Shown here: positions 1 to 13,949 of the stretch, one piece after another
Layout: every line of letters starts with the position of its first letter
Numbering within the stretch: the first letter of the stretch is position 1
NCBI GenBank assembly: GCA_951406725.2
Contig: OX597820.1
Span: 63,984,001 to 64,048,000, forward strand
Reading direction: 5' to 3'
Source: Octopus vulgaris
Lineage: Eukaryota
Length of the DNA: 64,000 nucleotides
Program-made: the position numbers and the translations under genes
Notes under the pieces: generated by a model
Databases searched by the model: none
The model's input: only the letters and a program-made list of their open reading frames with translations
Told to the model about the DNA's origin: nothing

Positions 1-522
1 CAAGAGAGACGTTTTACAGTGGGTGTTACTTATTAGTAACAATGGCATATTCTGATTGAAATTAGACGAAGAACTGAAAACTTCATTGAGAGAGCGTTAT
101 AATATTTGAGATTGTAAAACATTTTAAAAGAATAAAATGTTCTAATGGTGACTGTGGTTTTCTTAATGTGTGAATTTTAGACACATTTTTTAAAAATATG
201 GGCTGTACCCACTTATTTGCTTCTTTTGATATTCCTGAATTTTGGTTTTTCCATGCTTGCAGAAAAGTTAAATCACCCTATCAATAATGTTCTTTTAACA
301 GGCTTCTAATCTTACGTTTGCTATATTCGCACCATCTTCATCCTACGTTTACCATCCTCTCGCTTCATGCATTTTGTTTACAGCTGCTTTTGAATGACTC
401 TGTAAATGAACAGCCATTGTGTTAATGGCCTACCAATGAATACAGTACGTTTCCCTGCCCTATGTGTCAGAAATGCACTCGACAAGAAATTGAAACTGAA
501 TTGAAAAAAATATGTTAATGAA

Positions 523-585
523 AACAACAACAGCAGCAGCAACAACAACAACAACAATAACAATAATAATAACAATAATAATAAC

Positions 586-635
<50 letters not shown>

Positions 636-682
636 TAAAAATAATAATGATAATAATAATAATAACAATAATAATAATAATA
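523..682. repeat. (AAC)n/(AAT)n microsatellite
   Basis: Direct reading; explains the poly-L/I/T ORFs at 378-789. Confidence 0.95.
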
Positions 683-1191
683 AAAGTTTCATACATATGC
701 ATTAATATATCTCCCTGCATATAGATAATGTAAGAATTCCGTAGCTTAATTCTTTGTCTTTTTTTCTTACCTTTTTCTGTTGGTTGCATTGGACATACAT
801 TACATAGCTAAATTGCATAAATATTGACTTCTTACGGATTCTGTAGAAAATTTCAGCAAAAAATTTGCTTAATTTGTGAAAGTTGTTTGGAACCAAATTT
901 AATTGGTAGCTGACCTGAATGTATAGAGGCGAAGCAATATCACTCATAAACCTATCATTGTGTGAGACAACAGATAAAATATCTGTTCAAACTACCTCCA
1001 TTCATAACCTTCTCTCTTAGATTAAAGTCGTATTAAGTAATGTGCAAGAAAGCAGGAATGGTTTACGAAATATTGCCACATAAACATTCATTTCAAGACT
1101 TCTGGATAACATCATTTGAAATAAAAACAAAACAGCTGGTAAACAGTAAACCATAACATAATTTATCTGTTCATAGGCAGTGAGCGAGCAA

Positions 1192-1192
1192 G

Positions 1193-1287
<95 letters not shown>
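1192..1287. repeat. (AGAT)n microsatellite
   Basis: Direct reading. Confidence 0.95.
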
Positions 1288-1596
1288 AACACATACAGAT
1301 AGATAGATAGAGAACGAGAGAGAGAGAGAAAGAGAGGGAGAGGAAGAGAGAAGGAGAGAATGCGTTCCATCAAGATAATGTTTACCTCCATACAAATTGT
1401 TTGATGAGTTTTTCACTGGGATATTATTTAACAAAGGCGCCACTCCCTAAATGACCATCCGGTCAATGTTACACCGTCTCACAATCAATTGACCACTAAA
1501 ACGGACTTCACTGAGTAAAACCGTAAAATTATCTTCAACAAGAATATAACAATAAAAAATAAAAAAAACACGCCGTTCAGAACAACATCAACGGAA

Positions 1597-1836
1597 GTGG
1601 AGGCGCAATGGCCTAGTGGTTAGGGCAGCGGACTTGCGGTCGGAGGATCGCGGTTTCGATTCCCAGACCGGGCGTTGTGTGTGTTTATTGAGCGAAAAAC
1701 ACCTAAAAGCTCCACGAGGCTCCGGCAGGAGGTGGTGATCCCTGCTGTACTCTTTCACCACTCTAAAAGGCGGTGCTCCAGCATGGCCGCAGTCAAATGA
1801 CTGAAACAAGTACAAAAAAAAAAAAAAAAAAAAAAA
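1597..1836 (+). mobile_element. tRNA-derived SINE with LINE-type tail and poly(A)
   Basis: Pol III A box TGGCCTAGTGG and B box GGTTTCGATTCC; head nearly identical to copies at 1837 and 6735; tail ggcggtgctccagcatggccgcagtcaaatgactgaaacaagta followed by poly(A). Confidence 0.85.
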
Positions 1837-2010
1837 GTGGAGGCGCAATGGACAAATTGTTAGGGCAGCGGACTCGCGGTCGTAAGAACGCGGTTTCGAT
1901 TCCTAGACTGGGCATTGTGAGTGTTTTTTGAGCAAAAACATCTAAGCTCCGTGGTGAACTCCGCTGTACTCTTTCACCACAACTTTCTCTCACTCTTTCA
2001 TCCTACTTCT
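1837..2010 (+). mobile_element. Second tRNA-derived SINE copy, tandem to the first, 3' truncated
   Basis: gtggaggcgcaatgg...ggtttcgattcc...gtactctttcaccacaactttctctcact, matching the 6735 copy. Confidence 0.8.
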
Positions 2011-2413
2011 GCCACAGAGCAGGGGAACCATGGTGTAACCCTCTATGGTGTGGTAAACTTTCAGACCTTAGTCTAGATTGCGAATCCTCTGTACCCCATG
2101 ATGGTTCTACTCTCCACCCGTTAAAAGCCACCGTTTACGGAATGAGGATAACAACGTAGCTTTCGCACCCGTGCAACCGCCAGTCTATTGCGTTTGGTGG
2201 GTGGATCTTCAAGTTGCCACACGCATTCTTAGTAGCTTATAGACTAGGGTCGAATTAGAGATAATTCTTTGTGGCGTGAGTCCTGATTGGAAGAAGAAGA
2301 AGAAGAAGAAGAAGAAGAAAACATTAATGGAAAACATAATAATAACTTCCGAGATGTAGCAGCAGCGCCAATAAAGACGCGAGTGAGAGCTAACGAAGGT
2401 ATCACTGTGCAGT

Positions 2414-2643
2414 GGCGGCGAGCTGGCAGAAACGTTAGCACACCGGGCGAAATGCGTAGCCGAATTTCGTCTGCCGTTACGTTGTGAGTTCAAATTCCGC
2501 CGAGGTCGACTTTGCCTTTCATCCTTTCGGGGTCGATAAATTAAGTACCAGTTACGAACTGGGGTCGATATAATCGACTCAATACCTATGTCTGTCCTTG
2601 TTTGTCCCCTCTATGTTTAGCCCCTTGTGGGTAATAAAGAAAT
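2414..2643 (+). mobile_element. Full-length SINE with Nin/Deu-like central domain, 17-bp TSD
   Basis: Exact TSD aggtatcactgtgcagt at 2397-2413 and 2644-2660; B box gagttcaaattcc; core gcctttcatcctttcggggtcgataaattaagtaccag; many copies in the window. Confidence 0.9.
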
Positions 2644-3117
2644 AGGTATCACTGTGCAGTATTCTTTTTCTGCTTAGAAAGTTAACCTTCCTGATTTCAC
2701 AAAAAAAAGACTAAAGTTATATAATATTCGTTAGACAGTGCGGGGTCAAATTCACGACGCTTGACCAAATTCTTTGATGTTTAATGCTGTATGTCTTCCA
2801 TCATAGGTTTGCTTGATTGTAGTTAGTCTGGTGTAAGCGACAACAATAACAAAAATAAACAGAGAAAATGGACGAACATTTCACACTGTTCAGCTAGGTT
2901 TGATAATGGTAAAACACTGAGCAGTCAGCTGAGATGCTTCCGGATCATACTCTATCAACACCACTGAATTTAGTCCGTGGGCGATATATTCAACTGAAAA
3001 CGATCCATAATCCATTTGGTTTTTAAGAATCACAGATTGTAATGCGTGGCAATTTCTGTTCCCTGTCTTGCTTCGCATAATAATAGCATGATTGCTCTTT
3101 CAAATATATTACAATAT

Positions 3118-3119
<2 letters not shown>

Positions 3120-3202
<83 letters not shown>
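3120..3202. repeat. (TG)n microsatellite
   Basis: Direct reading. Confidence 0.95.
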
Positions 3203-3208
<6 letters not shown>

Positions 3209-5530
3209 CAAATCTGAGATTCAACTCCCATGATATTTTTTGAGTATTAGAGAGAAGAAAATTAATAGCTAGTTTTGACTAAGTACAATAATCATTAGTT
3301 ATTTCTAGTATTACCAATGAGGTTAGAGAGCCAATAAGTGAGTACCTACAATAGGGGTTATTAAACAGAAACTATTTATTGCCACCGCAAAGTACAGTCC
3401 CCGTCGCAGAGAGGTGGCTTATGTGATTCCATGACACAGAGAGCATTGCAAGCGGAGAGATAAAGTTCCTAATCGGGCCTCGTATGCTCACGGGTTGAAA
3501 TGAAAATGGGGCTGTGTAGCGCCGACAACCCTACCTAGAAAAACAGCATAGTTAGAGATGCATAAATGACAATTCAAAACCAATAACACTTGGAACCTCA
3601 GAGTCAGGTACGGTGACAAATGTCAATTGCTCAAACTCCATAGTGAACAATAGCGTAAATAAGTAAGCATAATTTTTGCTTATGGACCTGAAAATAAAAA
3701 GCTTAGTGAAATGGACTGCATGTGTAGAAATTGATTTGATAATGCTAGATTATAATTCTAATGGATAAACAATACTCTTGAGCAGCTCATACGGTTATTC
3801 CGAATGAATGTGTGGCGATATCGCTTCCGTGTATTAACATAGTCAGGTTTGATTTCTCATCATAAGCGGATTTTCAGTTTATTCACATACGTTCACATTT
3901 AATCACTGTATCATTTTATCATTATAGTGTAAGATGGATATGGATAATATTATAGCAACAAAAAATTTTTTTTTCTCTGATATCACCATTTACGTTAGAC
4001 GTTGTTTTGTCATTTTTATTCTATTTTTAAAGAATTTTGAGTGGCAATGCCATTTGTCAAAATTTGGTAGTGGATTAATTAATATGTTGGTTTTGGTTTC
4101 AGAGAACAACATGGAATTGAAATGCTCACATGCATGACTTGGTAACAATCAGAAATGGAAATTTTAAGTCGTCAGGACAGAAAATAGCGTGAAGGCAAAC
4201 ACTGAAATCATATTGGCAATTTTCGTGTTAAAAATAATTTATGGTCAGAAAGAAACTCTTTCATCATACGGAATTATTTCTTCTGGAAGATGCCACTTCT
4301 GCTTGTTTTCTGCTGCAAAGTTTCATATATAATTGTGAAAGAAAAATATTTTCCACAGAATTGAAGCTCACCCCTGTTGGTTAAAGTCATGGAAACAGAA
4401 TCTATCATTAATTGAATGAATTTAGTACCATTTTTCAATGACAATATCAGTCAAAAATTAAAGATAATCTTCAGGTCAAATCAACCTAAGTTGTCAGCGA
4501 GATTACGAATGTTCCGGCAAAAGTCAACACGCACCTCAATGAATCAGTTGTTATTTCAGTCAACAGTAAATTGCAGGTGAGTAAACTCTGCTCATGAAAA
4601 GAATATCAAAGAAGAATTTTCCCATGTTTTATTGATTCAATGGATCAATCAAAACAGATTATGTGTTCTTTTTTGTTTAATTGTCCTTCAATCAATAATG
4701 ATCATCATGGAATTTAATTTGCGCAGAAAGAACTTCTCCCATGATTGGAAGGAAATAGATTTTTCGAGCTTTGGTTAAAAGAAAATCTCCACTCAATGAC
4801 CAAACAGAATATACTTCAACGTCAAGTTTTACTATCCAAAACACTGCAAAAGGAAACTTAATGAAGTGAAGAGAATGCGTGTACAAATAGTCAACTTTAT
4901 CCGTAGAGCTTCATGATCAGATTAAGCGAAACTTTGCTTTATGATCTGATTTACCATTCAAATACATGTTGGCAAATTCGAAACGGCATTTTAGTATATT
5001 TTAGTACATTAAACTTGTGGACCTCAGGGAAAAATTATCATATCCTTCGAACATCCGCATTGCCTTATTGTGAATAATTTTGATGAGTAGACTGTTATTG
5101 TAACCAAAGTGCGACACAAATTTCAGCTAACGCAATAAATGGTATAGTATTTTCTGTTAAGCTGAATTATTTGTCTGGTCTTTGCAGAGATTTGGACATA
5201 TATGTTGCAAAGTTTACGAGAAAGATATTAATTTGGAGTCGTCGTATAGCAAAAGCGCAAACGTAGCGTGTATTTCGATACTTGACTTCAATCGTGGAAA
5301 AGATAAAGGCAAATCACTATAGAAATACTCCAGGAAGTCACGAATGACTCAGAATTCCTAAATATGATTATCTTAATACTTGATTTCGTTTAAGGCCCTG
5401 GATTATTTATTTTTCTATACGTGTACAGCGAATAAGTGTATTTAGAAAAAGTGGATTGGACTTTCTGTAATTCGAAAGAAAGCTGTTTACGAAAAGAACT
5501 GGACTCGGTATTGAACAATTTGGCTGTGAG

Positions 5531-5884
5531 CAGCACAAGATTAACCGTTAAGTAAAATAAGCACTTGCTTAGGGCAGCAAGGAAAGGTGGGGGGGGGGGT
5601 ACCAAAGAAATGGTAAATGGTTAACGGCACAAAAGAAATCGCCTTCATCGTACTAGAATAATATTCGAAGTACATTATACTATCGGAAATATCTTTTAAA
5701 GTGTTCGTGATGTCATAATGAAGATCTAATAAAAGATTTTGCAATTAAAAAACTGTAGGAGAAAAGATTTCAGATATAAAGTGGAAGTATATAAAAATAA
5801 AGATTAATTGTCCTCTTACTGTTAATTTTGTTTCGTTTCAAAAAATTTAATTTAAATTTATAGTTAGCTGTTTTTTATATTCTG

Positions 5885-5966
<82 letters not shown>

Positions 5967-6022
5967 GGCCACCAACATCCTTTTAAATGCTTAGGGCGTC
6001 TTTCGGTCTTAATCCGGCCCTG
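5531..6022. mobile_element. Possible hAT-type MITE, degenerate
   Basis: Right end ttaatccggccctg (rc cagggccggattaa) vs left cagcacaagattaa (10/14); subterminal tgcttagggc at both ends; internal (TA)n; no clear 8-bp TSD. Confidence 0.4.
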
Positions 6023-6734
6023 ATTTTCAGCCCATTGCTATTTAACATAGGTTAGTGATGATGACAATAAGTGCTTTAATTTCATTCACAGCTAAGTATA
6101 GCCGTGAAGCAGGAATCTCTGAATCTCAAGTGAAATGGAAAATCGATTTGATGTATCAGATGCCATACGAATAACATTATCAGTTACTATACCCCGAGTC
6201 TATGTTTTATTTTTGACAAAAATAGCAGCAGAAATCTCACTTGATTAGTAATACTTAAAGAGATAATGCAGTCGTGATAGTAAAAGGAAATACCTATTTT
6301 AGTTTGTTTCCTTCTTTTATTTGAGCTTTCTTATGCAACTCCACCATTACAGGTATATGTATTGATTTATAAATTAAAATAGGTTATAATAGTGAACATT
6401 TGTCGCTAGCTTTTAGGCTTACCACGATTTTTGGTTTAATATCACTTCCTACACCATGGGTGACTTTAACCTGACTGCATTCTCTTCCAATCACCAGAAC
6501 CAGGCTCCTGGCAAAGAGCTGACCTAATCGTGGCTTCATATAATAATGTGATCTCTACAGATGGTTGCATCCGTCGATTTGTAACAATCCAAGAGGGACA
6601 TTAACAGCTTACATATCACCGTTCTCTGTAAGCTTGTGAAATATATGGGTACAGCATTCTATTCAAGACAAACAAAATATCTTTTTAATGTTAAATACCA
6701 TCCTTCCATAAATAAATATGCTAAAGTACTTATA

Positions 6735-7054
6735 GTGGAGGCGCAATGGCCCAGTGGTTAGGACAGCGCACTCGCGGTCGGAGGATCACGGTTTCGATTC
6801 CCAGACCAGGCGTTGTGAGTGTTTATTGAGCGAAAACACGTAAAGCTCCACAAGGCTCCGCCAATGGGTGGTGGTGACCCCTGTTGTACTCTTTCGCCCC
6901 AACTTTCTCTCACTATATCTTCCTCTTTCTTGAGTAACGCTGCGATGGACTGGCGTTCCGTCCAGCTGGGGGGAGCAGATACGCCACAGAAACCCGGAAA
7001 CTGGGTCCATGAGCCTGGATAGGCTTGAAAAGGAGGCATAAATAATAAAAAAAA
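6735..7054 (+). mobile_element. Full-length tRNA-derived SINE with Meta/V-like central domain, 12-bp TSD
   Basis: TSD taaagtacttat at 6722-6733 and 7055-7066; A/B boxes; tgcgatggactggcgttccgtccag motif; A-rich tail. Confidence 0.88.
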
Positions 7055-7133
7055 TAAAGTACTTATGCTATTCTTACCGGTTCTGTTCTTAAATTAAAAC
7101 GAAGCTGTTGCCATTATTGGAAGTCAAAAATGT

Positions 7134-7344
7134 GGTTAGCTGGCAGAATCGTTAGTACGTTGGGCGGAATGCTTAGCGTTATTTTGCCCATCGCAACGTT
7201 CTGACTTGAAATTCCGCCGGTGTTGAATGTGCATTTCATCCTTTCAGGGGTCGATAAAATAAGTACCAGTTGCGTACTAGGGTCGATGTAATCGACTGGC
7301 CTCCTTCTCTTTCAGGCCTTGTACCTATAGAAGAAAAGATTATT
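7134..7344 (+). mobile_element. Nin/Deu-like SINE, diverged
   Basis: gctggcagaatcgttag...tttcatcctttcaggggtcgataaaataagtaccag, similar to the 2414 copy. Confidence 0.8.
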
Positions 7345-8149
7345 TGCAGTCAGAGTTACTTATCTAAACCGGTGTCATTGAGTATTTCGGCAGTCTAGTG
7401 AAATGATGATGGGGCGGAGTGGGTAAGATGGAGGTTTATCGTGAAATGTTTGGAATAACAAAAGGCTACGGACCGCCACTCCTAGCTGTTGGTCGACACC
7501 CATGACTGTTTGAGGATCAAACAGCAGGAACAGTTAATGTTTTATTATAAGTTCTACCCAACCATAGCTAACTTGATTTATATAACAATAACAATTTTAG
7601 CGGCAGTAGCAGCAGGACGAACGGTAGAAGCAATAACAGCAGCAGCAGCAGTAGCAATAACAACAGCCGCAACATCAGTAGCTGCAGCAGCTGCAGCCAT
7701 ATTGCTTTTCAACATTAGTCTCCGCTATGTGAATTAACTTGGGGCGTAGACTTCGACGGGGAGTCGAAACTGTTTTGCGGATTCCGGCGCCAGTGGCAAC
7801 TTACTTAACTCTTCTTGAACCAAATTCTTTCACAAAAATTCTGAACAATTCATCAACCGCAACATATTAAATGCAAACAAAGAACACAGGAAAAGAAACA
7901 GTGAAACAGAGAAAAAATACAAACAAATGTAAATGTTATAAAAACATTAAGAAATACAACGATGTAAATAGCAGAGTCTTAATTATTTTAGCTGAAAGGT
8001 TACGGTAACCTGATGAGATCAGACTCGTATCATCATACCATTGCAAACCAGTCTGTATCGTTACAGCAGGAGACAGGAGAGGATATGACACTGATAAATG
8101 GTGGTTCTACCGATGTTACTGGTGATGTTAGTTGTAGAAATGACTGTCG

Positions 8150-8830
8150 TTTGGATAGTGGTGGTGGTGTTGGAGGTAGTGGTCTTTGTGGTGTGGGCGC
8201 CAGTAGTAGTGGTGGGGGTAGTGTTTGTGGTGCTAGTGGTGGTGGTGGTGGTGGTAGTGGTCGTTGTGGTGTGAGCGCTAGTAGTAGTAATAGTGGTGGT
8301 ATTGTTTGTGGTGCTAGTGGTGGTGGTAGTGGTCGTTGTGTTGTGGGTGCTAGTAGTAGTGGTGGTGGTGGTGGTAGTGGTCGTTGAGGGGTGGGTGCTA
8401 GTAGAGTGGTGGGGTAGTGTTTGTGGTGTGAACGCTAGTAATAGTGGTGGTGGTGGTAGTAGTAGTGGTTGTGGTGTGGGTGTTAGTAGTAGTGGTGGTG
8501 GTGGTGTTTGTTGTGCTAGTGATGGTAGTGGTGGTGTTAGTGGTCATTGTGGGGTGAGTGCTAGTAGTAGTAGTGGTGGTAGTGTTTGTGGTGCTAGTGG
8601 TGGTGGTGGCGGTAGTGGTCGTGGGTGTGAGCGCTAGTAAAAGTGGTGGTGGTGGTAGTGTTTGTGGTGCTAGTGGTGGTGGTGGTGGTAGTGGTCGTTG
8701 TCGTGTGAGCCTAGTAGTAGTAGTGGTGGTGGTGGTGGTGGCGGTGGTGATATTTGTGGTGGTAGTGGTCGATGTGGTGTGAGCGCTAGTTGTATTGCTG
8801 GTGGTGAAGACGCTGATTGTGATGGTGGAG
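8150..8830. repeat. GGT-rich minisatellite (~70-85 bp unit)
   Basis: Recurrent unit gtagtggtcgttgtggtgtgagcgctagtagtagtggtggt...gtttgtggtgctagt. Confidence 0.8.
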
Positions 8831-8831
8831 G

Positions 8832-8978
8832 CGGAGGTCGACTTTGCCTTTCATCCTTTCGGGGTCGATAAATTAAGTACCAGTTACGCACTGGGATCGA
8901 TATAATCGACTTAATACCTATGTCTGTCCTTGTTTGTCCCCTCTGTGTTTAGCCCCTTGTGGGTAATAAAGAAATAGG
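8832..8978 (+). mobile_element. 5'-truncated Nin/Deu-like SINE
   Basis: Near-identical to 2502-2646. Confidence 0.88.
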
Positions 8979-8984
8979 TATGGA

Positions 8985-9908
8985 TGGCGGTGACTACGTT
9001 GACGGTGGTAGAAGTGAGAGTGGTGGATATATTGATGGTGGTAGTAGCATCGGTAGTGATGGTGTTAATGATGATGGTGGACGTTGTAGTAGTCGTTGTA
9101 GTGGTGACGGTAATGGTAGTGGTGGTGATGATGATGAAGGTGGTGGTGGCGGTAGTAATGGATTTGATATCGTTGTTGGTGTGCCGGTGTTAACGTTGAG
9201 GATCGCGGGCAGATGATAGTGGTGCGTCGGTGGTAGTAATGGTAGTGATGGCGATGATGGTGTGTAGTAGTGGTGTGATGGTGGTGGTCGTTATGATGGT
9301 GATGGTAATGGAGGTGGTGGTGGTTATAGCGGTGGTTATGACTATAATGATGGTGGTAGCTGAGATAATAACTGCAGTGCTTGAGTTTACTGGTAGTAGT
9401 TAGTCCTGGGGGTGGGTGGAGCTGGAGATGGTGGTGCAGTTGTTAGCATTCGCTATGCTATCGGTAATGATGATGACGATGATGATGATGACGACGACGA
9501 AGTCGATGATGGTGATGATGATGATAATGATGATGATAATGATGATGATAATGATGATGATGATGATGATCATCATCATCATCATGACGACAGTAACAAC
9601 GCCGATAATGATGATGATGATGATAATGAGAAGGAGGAGGATATAGAAGAGGGAAGAGGAGGGGGATGTGGACGAAGACGATGACGGCTTCGATTACGAC
9701 GTCGACGACGATGATGATTGATAATGAGGAGGAGGAAGGGGAGCAAGGGGAGGACGTCGATGATGATGATGATGAAGGTGATGACTGTCTTGATGGCGAC
9801 GATGCTGTTGCTGCTACTGCTGCTACTACTGCTAGTGCTGCTGATGCTGCAGTTGATGATGATGATGATGATGTTGATGATGACGATGATGATGATGATG
9901 ATGATGAC

Positions 9909-9972
<64 letters not shown>

Positions 9973-10960
9973 GTGATGAAGATGACGGCATTGGTGACGA
10001 CGATAATGAAGATGACGATAATGAGGATGATGATGATGATGATGAGACCACGATGATAATTCTGACGTTTGCGTTGCTTGAAACGTCGATAGGTTGTAAA
10101 TGCTGTTAGCAATGGAATCAACGCCAACGATGTGCGGCGTTTGGGTTATTTCCGTAGCGGCACTTCTCTCTCACAGAAGGTGGTACTCGGATGTTCCACA
10201 AGTACAGGATGTGGAAATGTTGTTAACACTAAAGAGGAGCTGAAGACTTGGTGATCAGAGACATAGATGGCGGTAGCGTATGTGTGAAGTGATAATTTTA
10301 GTGATGATCAGCGTGGTGCTAATGGCGCTAACCCTTTAAAGAAAATGGAGTTGATATTAACAGAAATGGTAATGGCAGTATTACTCTGCTGTCGATGTGG
10401 GTGATAGCGTGTTGATTGTGGCGATAGTGCTGATGGTTGGGTGGTGATGGCGGTGGTGGGGGTTGGGGTGGTGGTGATGGTTGTGGTGATGCTGGTGTAG
10501 GTGGTGGCGGCGATGGTAGTGGTGGTGGCGGTGGTAATGGTGGTAGTGGTGATAGCACTGGTGGTGATGATGGTGGTGGTAGTGATGGTGGTAGTGGTAG
10601 TATTTGTAGTGGTGGTGGTGGTAGTGATCGCCATCGTCGTTGTGATGGTTGATGTAATGTTGTTACGGTTGTTGCTTGTGGTGGTGGTGGTGGTGGTGGT
10701 GGGTATAATGTCAGTGGTGGTTGTAGCGGTGGTGATGGTGGCCGTGATGGAAATCACGGTGGTGATGGTGGTGGTGGTGGCCGTGGTGGTTGTGGTGATT
10801 GTGCTGGTAGTGATGTTGGTTGTGATGCTGGTGCTAGCGCAGTTTTTGTTGTTATTATTGTTGTGTTTGCTGTTGTAGTGGTGACGTTGGTAGTGGAGGT
10901 GGTATCGATGACGGATCTGGTCGTGGTGGATGCAGAGGTCGTAATAGATAACAATTACCA
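8985..10960. repeat. Degenerate (GGT)n/(GAT)n trinucleotide field
   Basis: Direct reading; source of the poly-D/G/V/T/S pseudo-ORFs. Confidence 0.9.
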
Positions 10961-11691
10961 TGAAAAAGCTGATAAACTAGTGACCATCTAATTTTTTATC
11001 GTTCTTCTTGTTCTTCTTGCTGTTGTTGTCATTATCGCTATTGTTGTTACTGTTGCCCTTGTTGATACACTTAGTGATCCTGTTGAGCGTAATAATAATA
11101 ACGGCGTTTATTATTTTTAATACAATCTTATATAGGTGGCGTTGCTGGTAGTGGTGATCAAGATAACAGCATTAGCGGTAATCTTTCCAATGACGTTGCT
11201 TTGCTGATGTTTGTGGCTATTGCGGTCGAGGTGACGATGTCGGCGATGAAGGAAGAGGTGCTGGTGGCAGCGATGATAATTGAATGAGGCTGCTACTTAA
11301 TGGCGGTGTTAGAAACTCTTATGTACCTAGATATATTAAGGAGTCAATGTTATTTTCAGAAGTTAATTAAAAACTTTGTTTTTATATTTGACTGAATTGT
11401 TTTTACAGTTATCTCTTTAGATGAAAATCAATAAAATATTGTTATTTAATTTTTAACAAACCAGATTCTCATTAACTCTGTTCCTCTTCTCTATTTACTT
11501 CCTGTGTCTTTCTAGTTTTTCTTTTGCTTTTCTATATGCGTCACTTTATTTTTGTAATCTTCTTTCAGTTTCTCTATTACACCACACTTCATTACACACA
11601 CATTCTAGTGTACATACAGGCACACGTACACACACATAAGTGTATATGAATACACTTACATACTCACTCACTGACAGGAATAATTGGGCAC

Positions 11692-11730
<39 letters not shown>

Positions 11731-11961
11731 TGTTTATATATGCATATATATAGATATATGTACACATATGTATATAGAAATATATATGTATATGCATAAA
11801 TATATTATATATATATCATACACACATGTGAATATAAACACTATTACATGTATATATGTCTATATACACACAGTTATGCATATATGCATATTTATATATA
11901 TACGTACATATATGCAGTAATGTATACATACATATATTCATACGTGTATATTTATACGTAT

Positions 11962-12013
<52 letters not shown>

Positions 12014-12027
12014 TATATATATGTATA

Positions 12028-12077
<50 letters not shown>

Positions 12078-12796
12078 CATATATATATATACATATATAC
12101 ATTTCATTTATACATATATAGACAGAGTCACACTCATACACACACATACATATATGTGATCGCAATTATAACGGAAACATTATTTGTGCAAAACGATTAA
12201 CAAGAGAGATCAATAGATGCAGAAAAAGTATTTAAAATAAAGAAACATCAGGATTACCGCATCAAAAAAAAAATTAGATATAAATACAACTAAAACGAAC
12301 GGATACTTGAAAATAAATTTAAGCTACAAATTGAAATAAATGCATAATATATTGCGTAACTTGTTCGGACACGATCGTATTCAGAACAGAGGATAAGTGG
12401 TAAAATGTTATAGAGACGTTAACATTTTTAGCAAGATATATGGAATTGAAAATTATGAGGCAGTTACTCCATTTCTGCACTAGGTACTAAAAGTTTATGA
12501 TGCTAAAAACCCATGAAATATCAACGATACGATTAAGTTCGGTTAATTTTAACCGAATTTTGAAACCTGACACGAAATATTTAAGAGAAAAAAGAACGAT
12601 TGGTATGTGACTGCCAGTACAGTTGGTTGAAAAATTTGTTTGATAAAATGAATTTTGAATGCTAATAAATGCGAAACATCAATCCATCCATGCATACATG
12701 TATATATGTATGAGTGTGTATATATATATATATGCATATATATGAATGTATATATATATATATATATATATATACATGTGTGCATATACATGTATA

Positions 12797-12854
<58 letters not shown>

Positions 12855-13330
12855 GTTTGTATATATGTATGTATATAAAAGTAAGGTAGCTTCACGGAAT
12901 CTAAAACCATGTAGGAAATAAAGTGATTTGGGCTGCCAGGAGCACAAGCATTGCTAGAAACAAGAGTGAAATACACTTTAGCCACAAACAATGTACATAT
13001 TCTATGTACTGAGAAGGGAGACAACTCCAGATATCTTTGTATCTATCTATGTATCAGTCTGTGTGTGTGTGTGGCACAAATGAACTTTTGAGCGAGTAAG
13101 ACCACTTCCTCAATTCAGTAAGGCTGTGATTTTGTTTTCAATGGATAAATCGTTAAACATCATTGAACGTTGTTTCGACTGGAATCAGATAAATACCAGT
13201 GCATACGACGTGCCACAAACCCAGGATATTCTGCGTTCAATGGGTTGTCATTAATACGTATCCTAATTGATGTATAGATGAGATATTGACAGATATTAAG
13301 TCATACACAGGATACATGCATATAAATATA

Positions 13331-13949
13331 CGAGAGGGGACTGAAATGTTCCTTGATTTAAGGGTATCACGAATTTTATTTTTAATTGACAAAATATGAG
13401 CCATTTTGTTACACAATGCGTCTCTATGTTTCCTTTAACTTGGAAATACCCTCTTGCCAGAATTGATGTGGTTTCATGGCAAAGAATTCATAAGGGTATC
13501 TATTTAGGTCATTCAAGGAATTGAAATTTTTACCATTAAGGCGATTCTGCATAGACCTGAATAAGTGGAAATCTGAAGGAGCAATATCTGACGAATATAG
13601 AGTGTGGGGTAACACATCCCAGCCGAGCTGCATCGATTTTTCTCTGGTTCCCAAAGAAACGTGCGTCTTCCGTATAGTTCTTTCAGATAAAGAAACATCA
13701 CCGTAAACTGCGCATATTTCTTTGGTAAAGAAAAGCATCAAGTGCCGAAAATGAACATTCTTCTCTTCCATTTTAAATGGTTACAGAATTAGTACAGGTT
13801 ATAGGAACATAAACCTTCTTCTACGAAGAAATAACTTAATCTTTTCTCTAAATGGAGGTGTAGTCAAATCCTACTTTATGGAACAATGTTCTAAAATATG
13901 TCGAAATGTTAGCTACTAGAAATCGGCACGTACTTTCCAAACAACCCAA
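13331..13949 (-). mobile_element. Internally deleted mariner transposon with mismatched ends
   Basis: ORF 13424-13771 MEEKNVHFRHLMLFF...ICAVYG fused to WDVLPHTLYSSDIAPSDFHLF (HPPYSPDLAPSD-like); right end matches the TIR of the 49272 element; left end resembles the 41786 TIR. Confidence 0.85.

Noticed and set aside
1597-1672. tRNA gene-like sequences (also 1837, 6735, 28265)
   Set aside because: A/B boxes run into SINE bodies with tails or TSDs, and there is no proper acceptor stem
3405-3560. Resemblance to an RTE LINE 5' UTR
   Set aside because: Too short and diverged, with no downstream endonuclease motifs to support it
4140-5345. Possible decayed coding sequence or exon (acceptor-like tttgcag at ~5187)
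   Set aside because: Short frames with no recognisable motif and no convincing donor
7752-7775. Hairpin ttcgac-gggga-gtcgaa followed by GAAAC-like sequence
   Set aside because: No upstream hammerhead core or stem I
10308-10961. 217-aa Thr-rich mucin-like ORF
   Set aside because: It is the antisense reading of the (GGT)n field, with no signal peptide, domains or splice support
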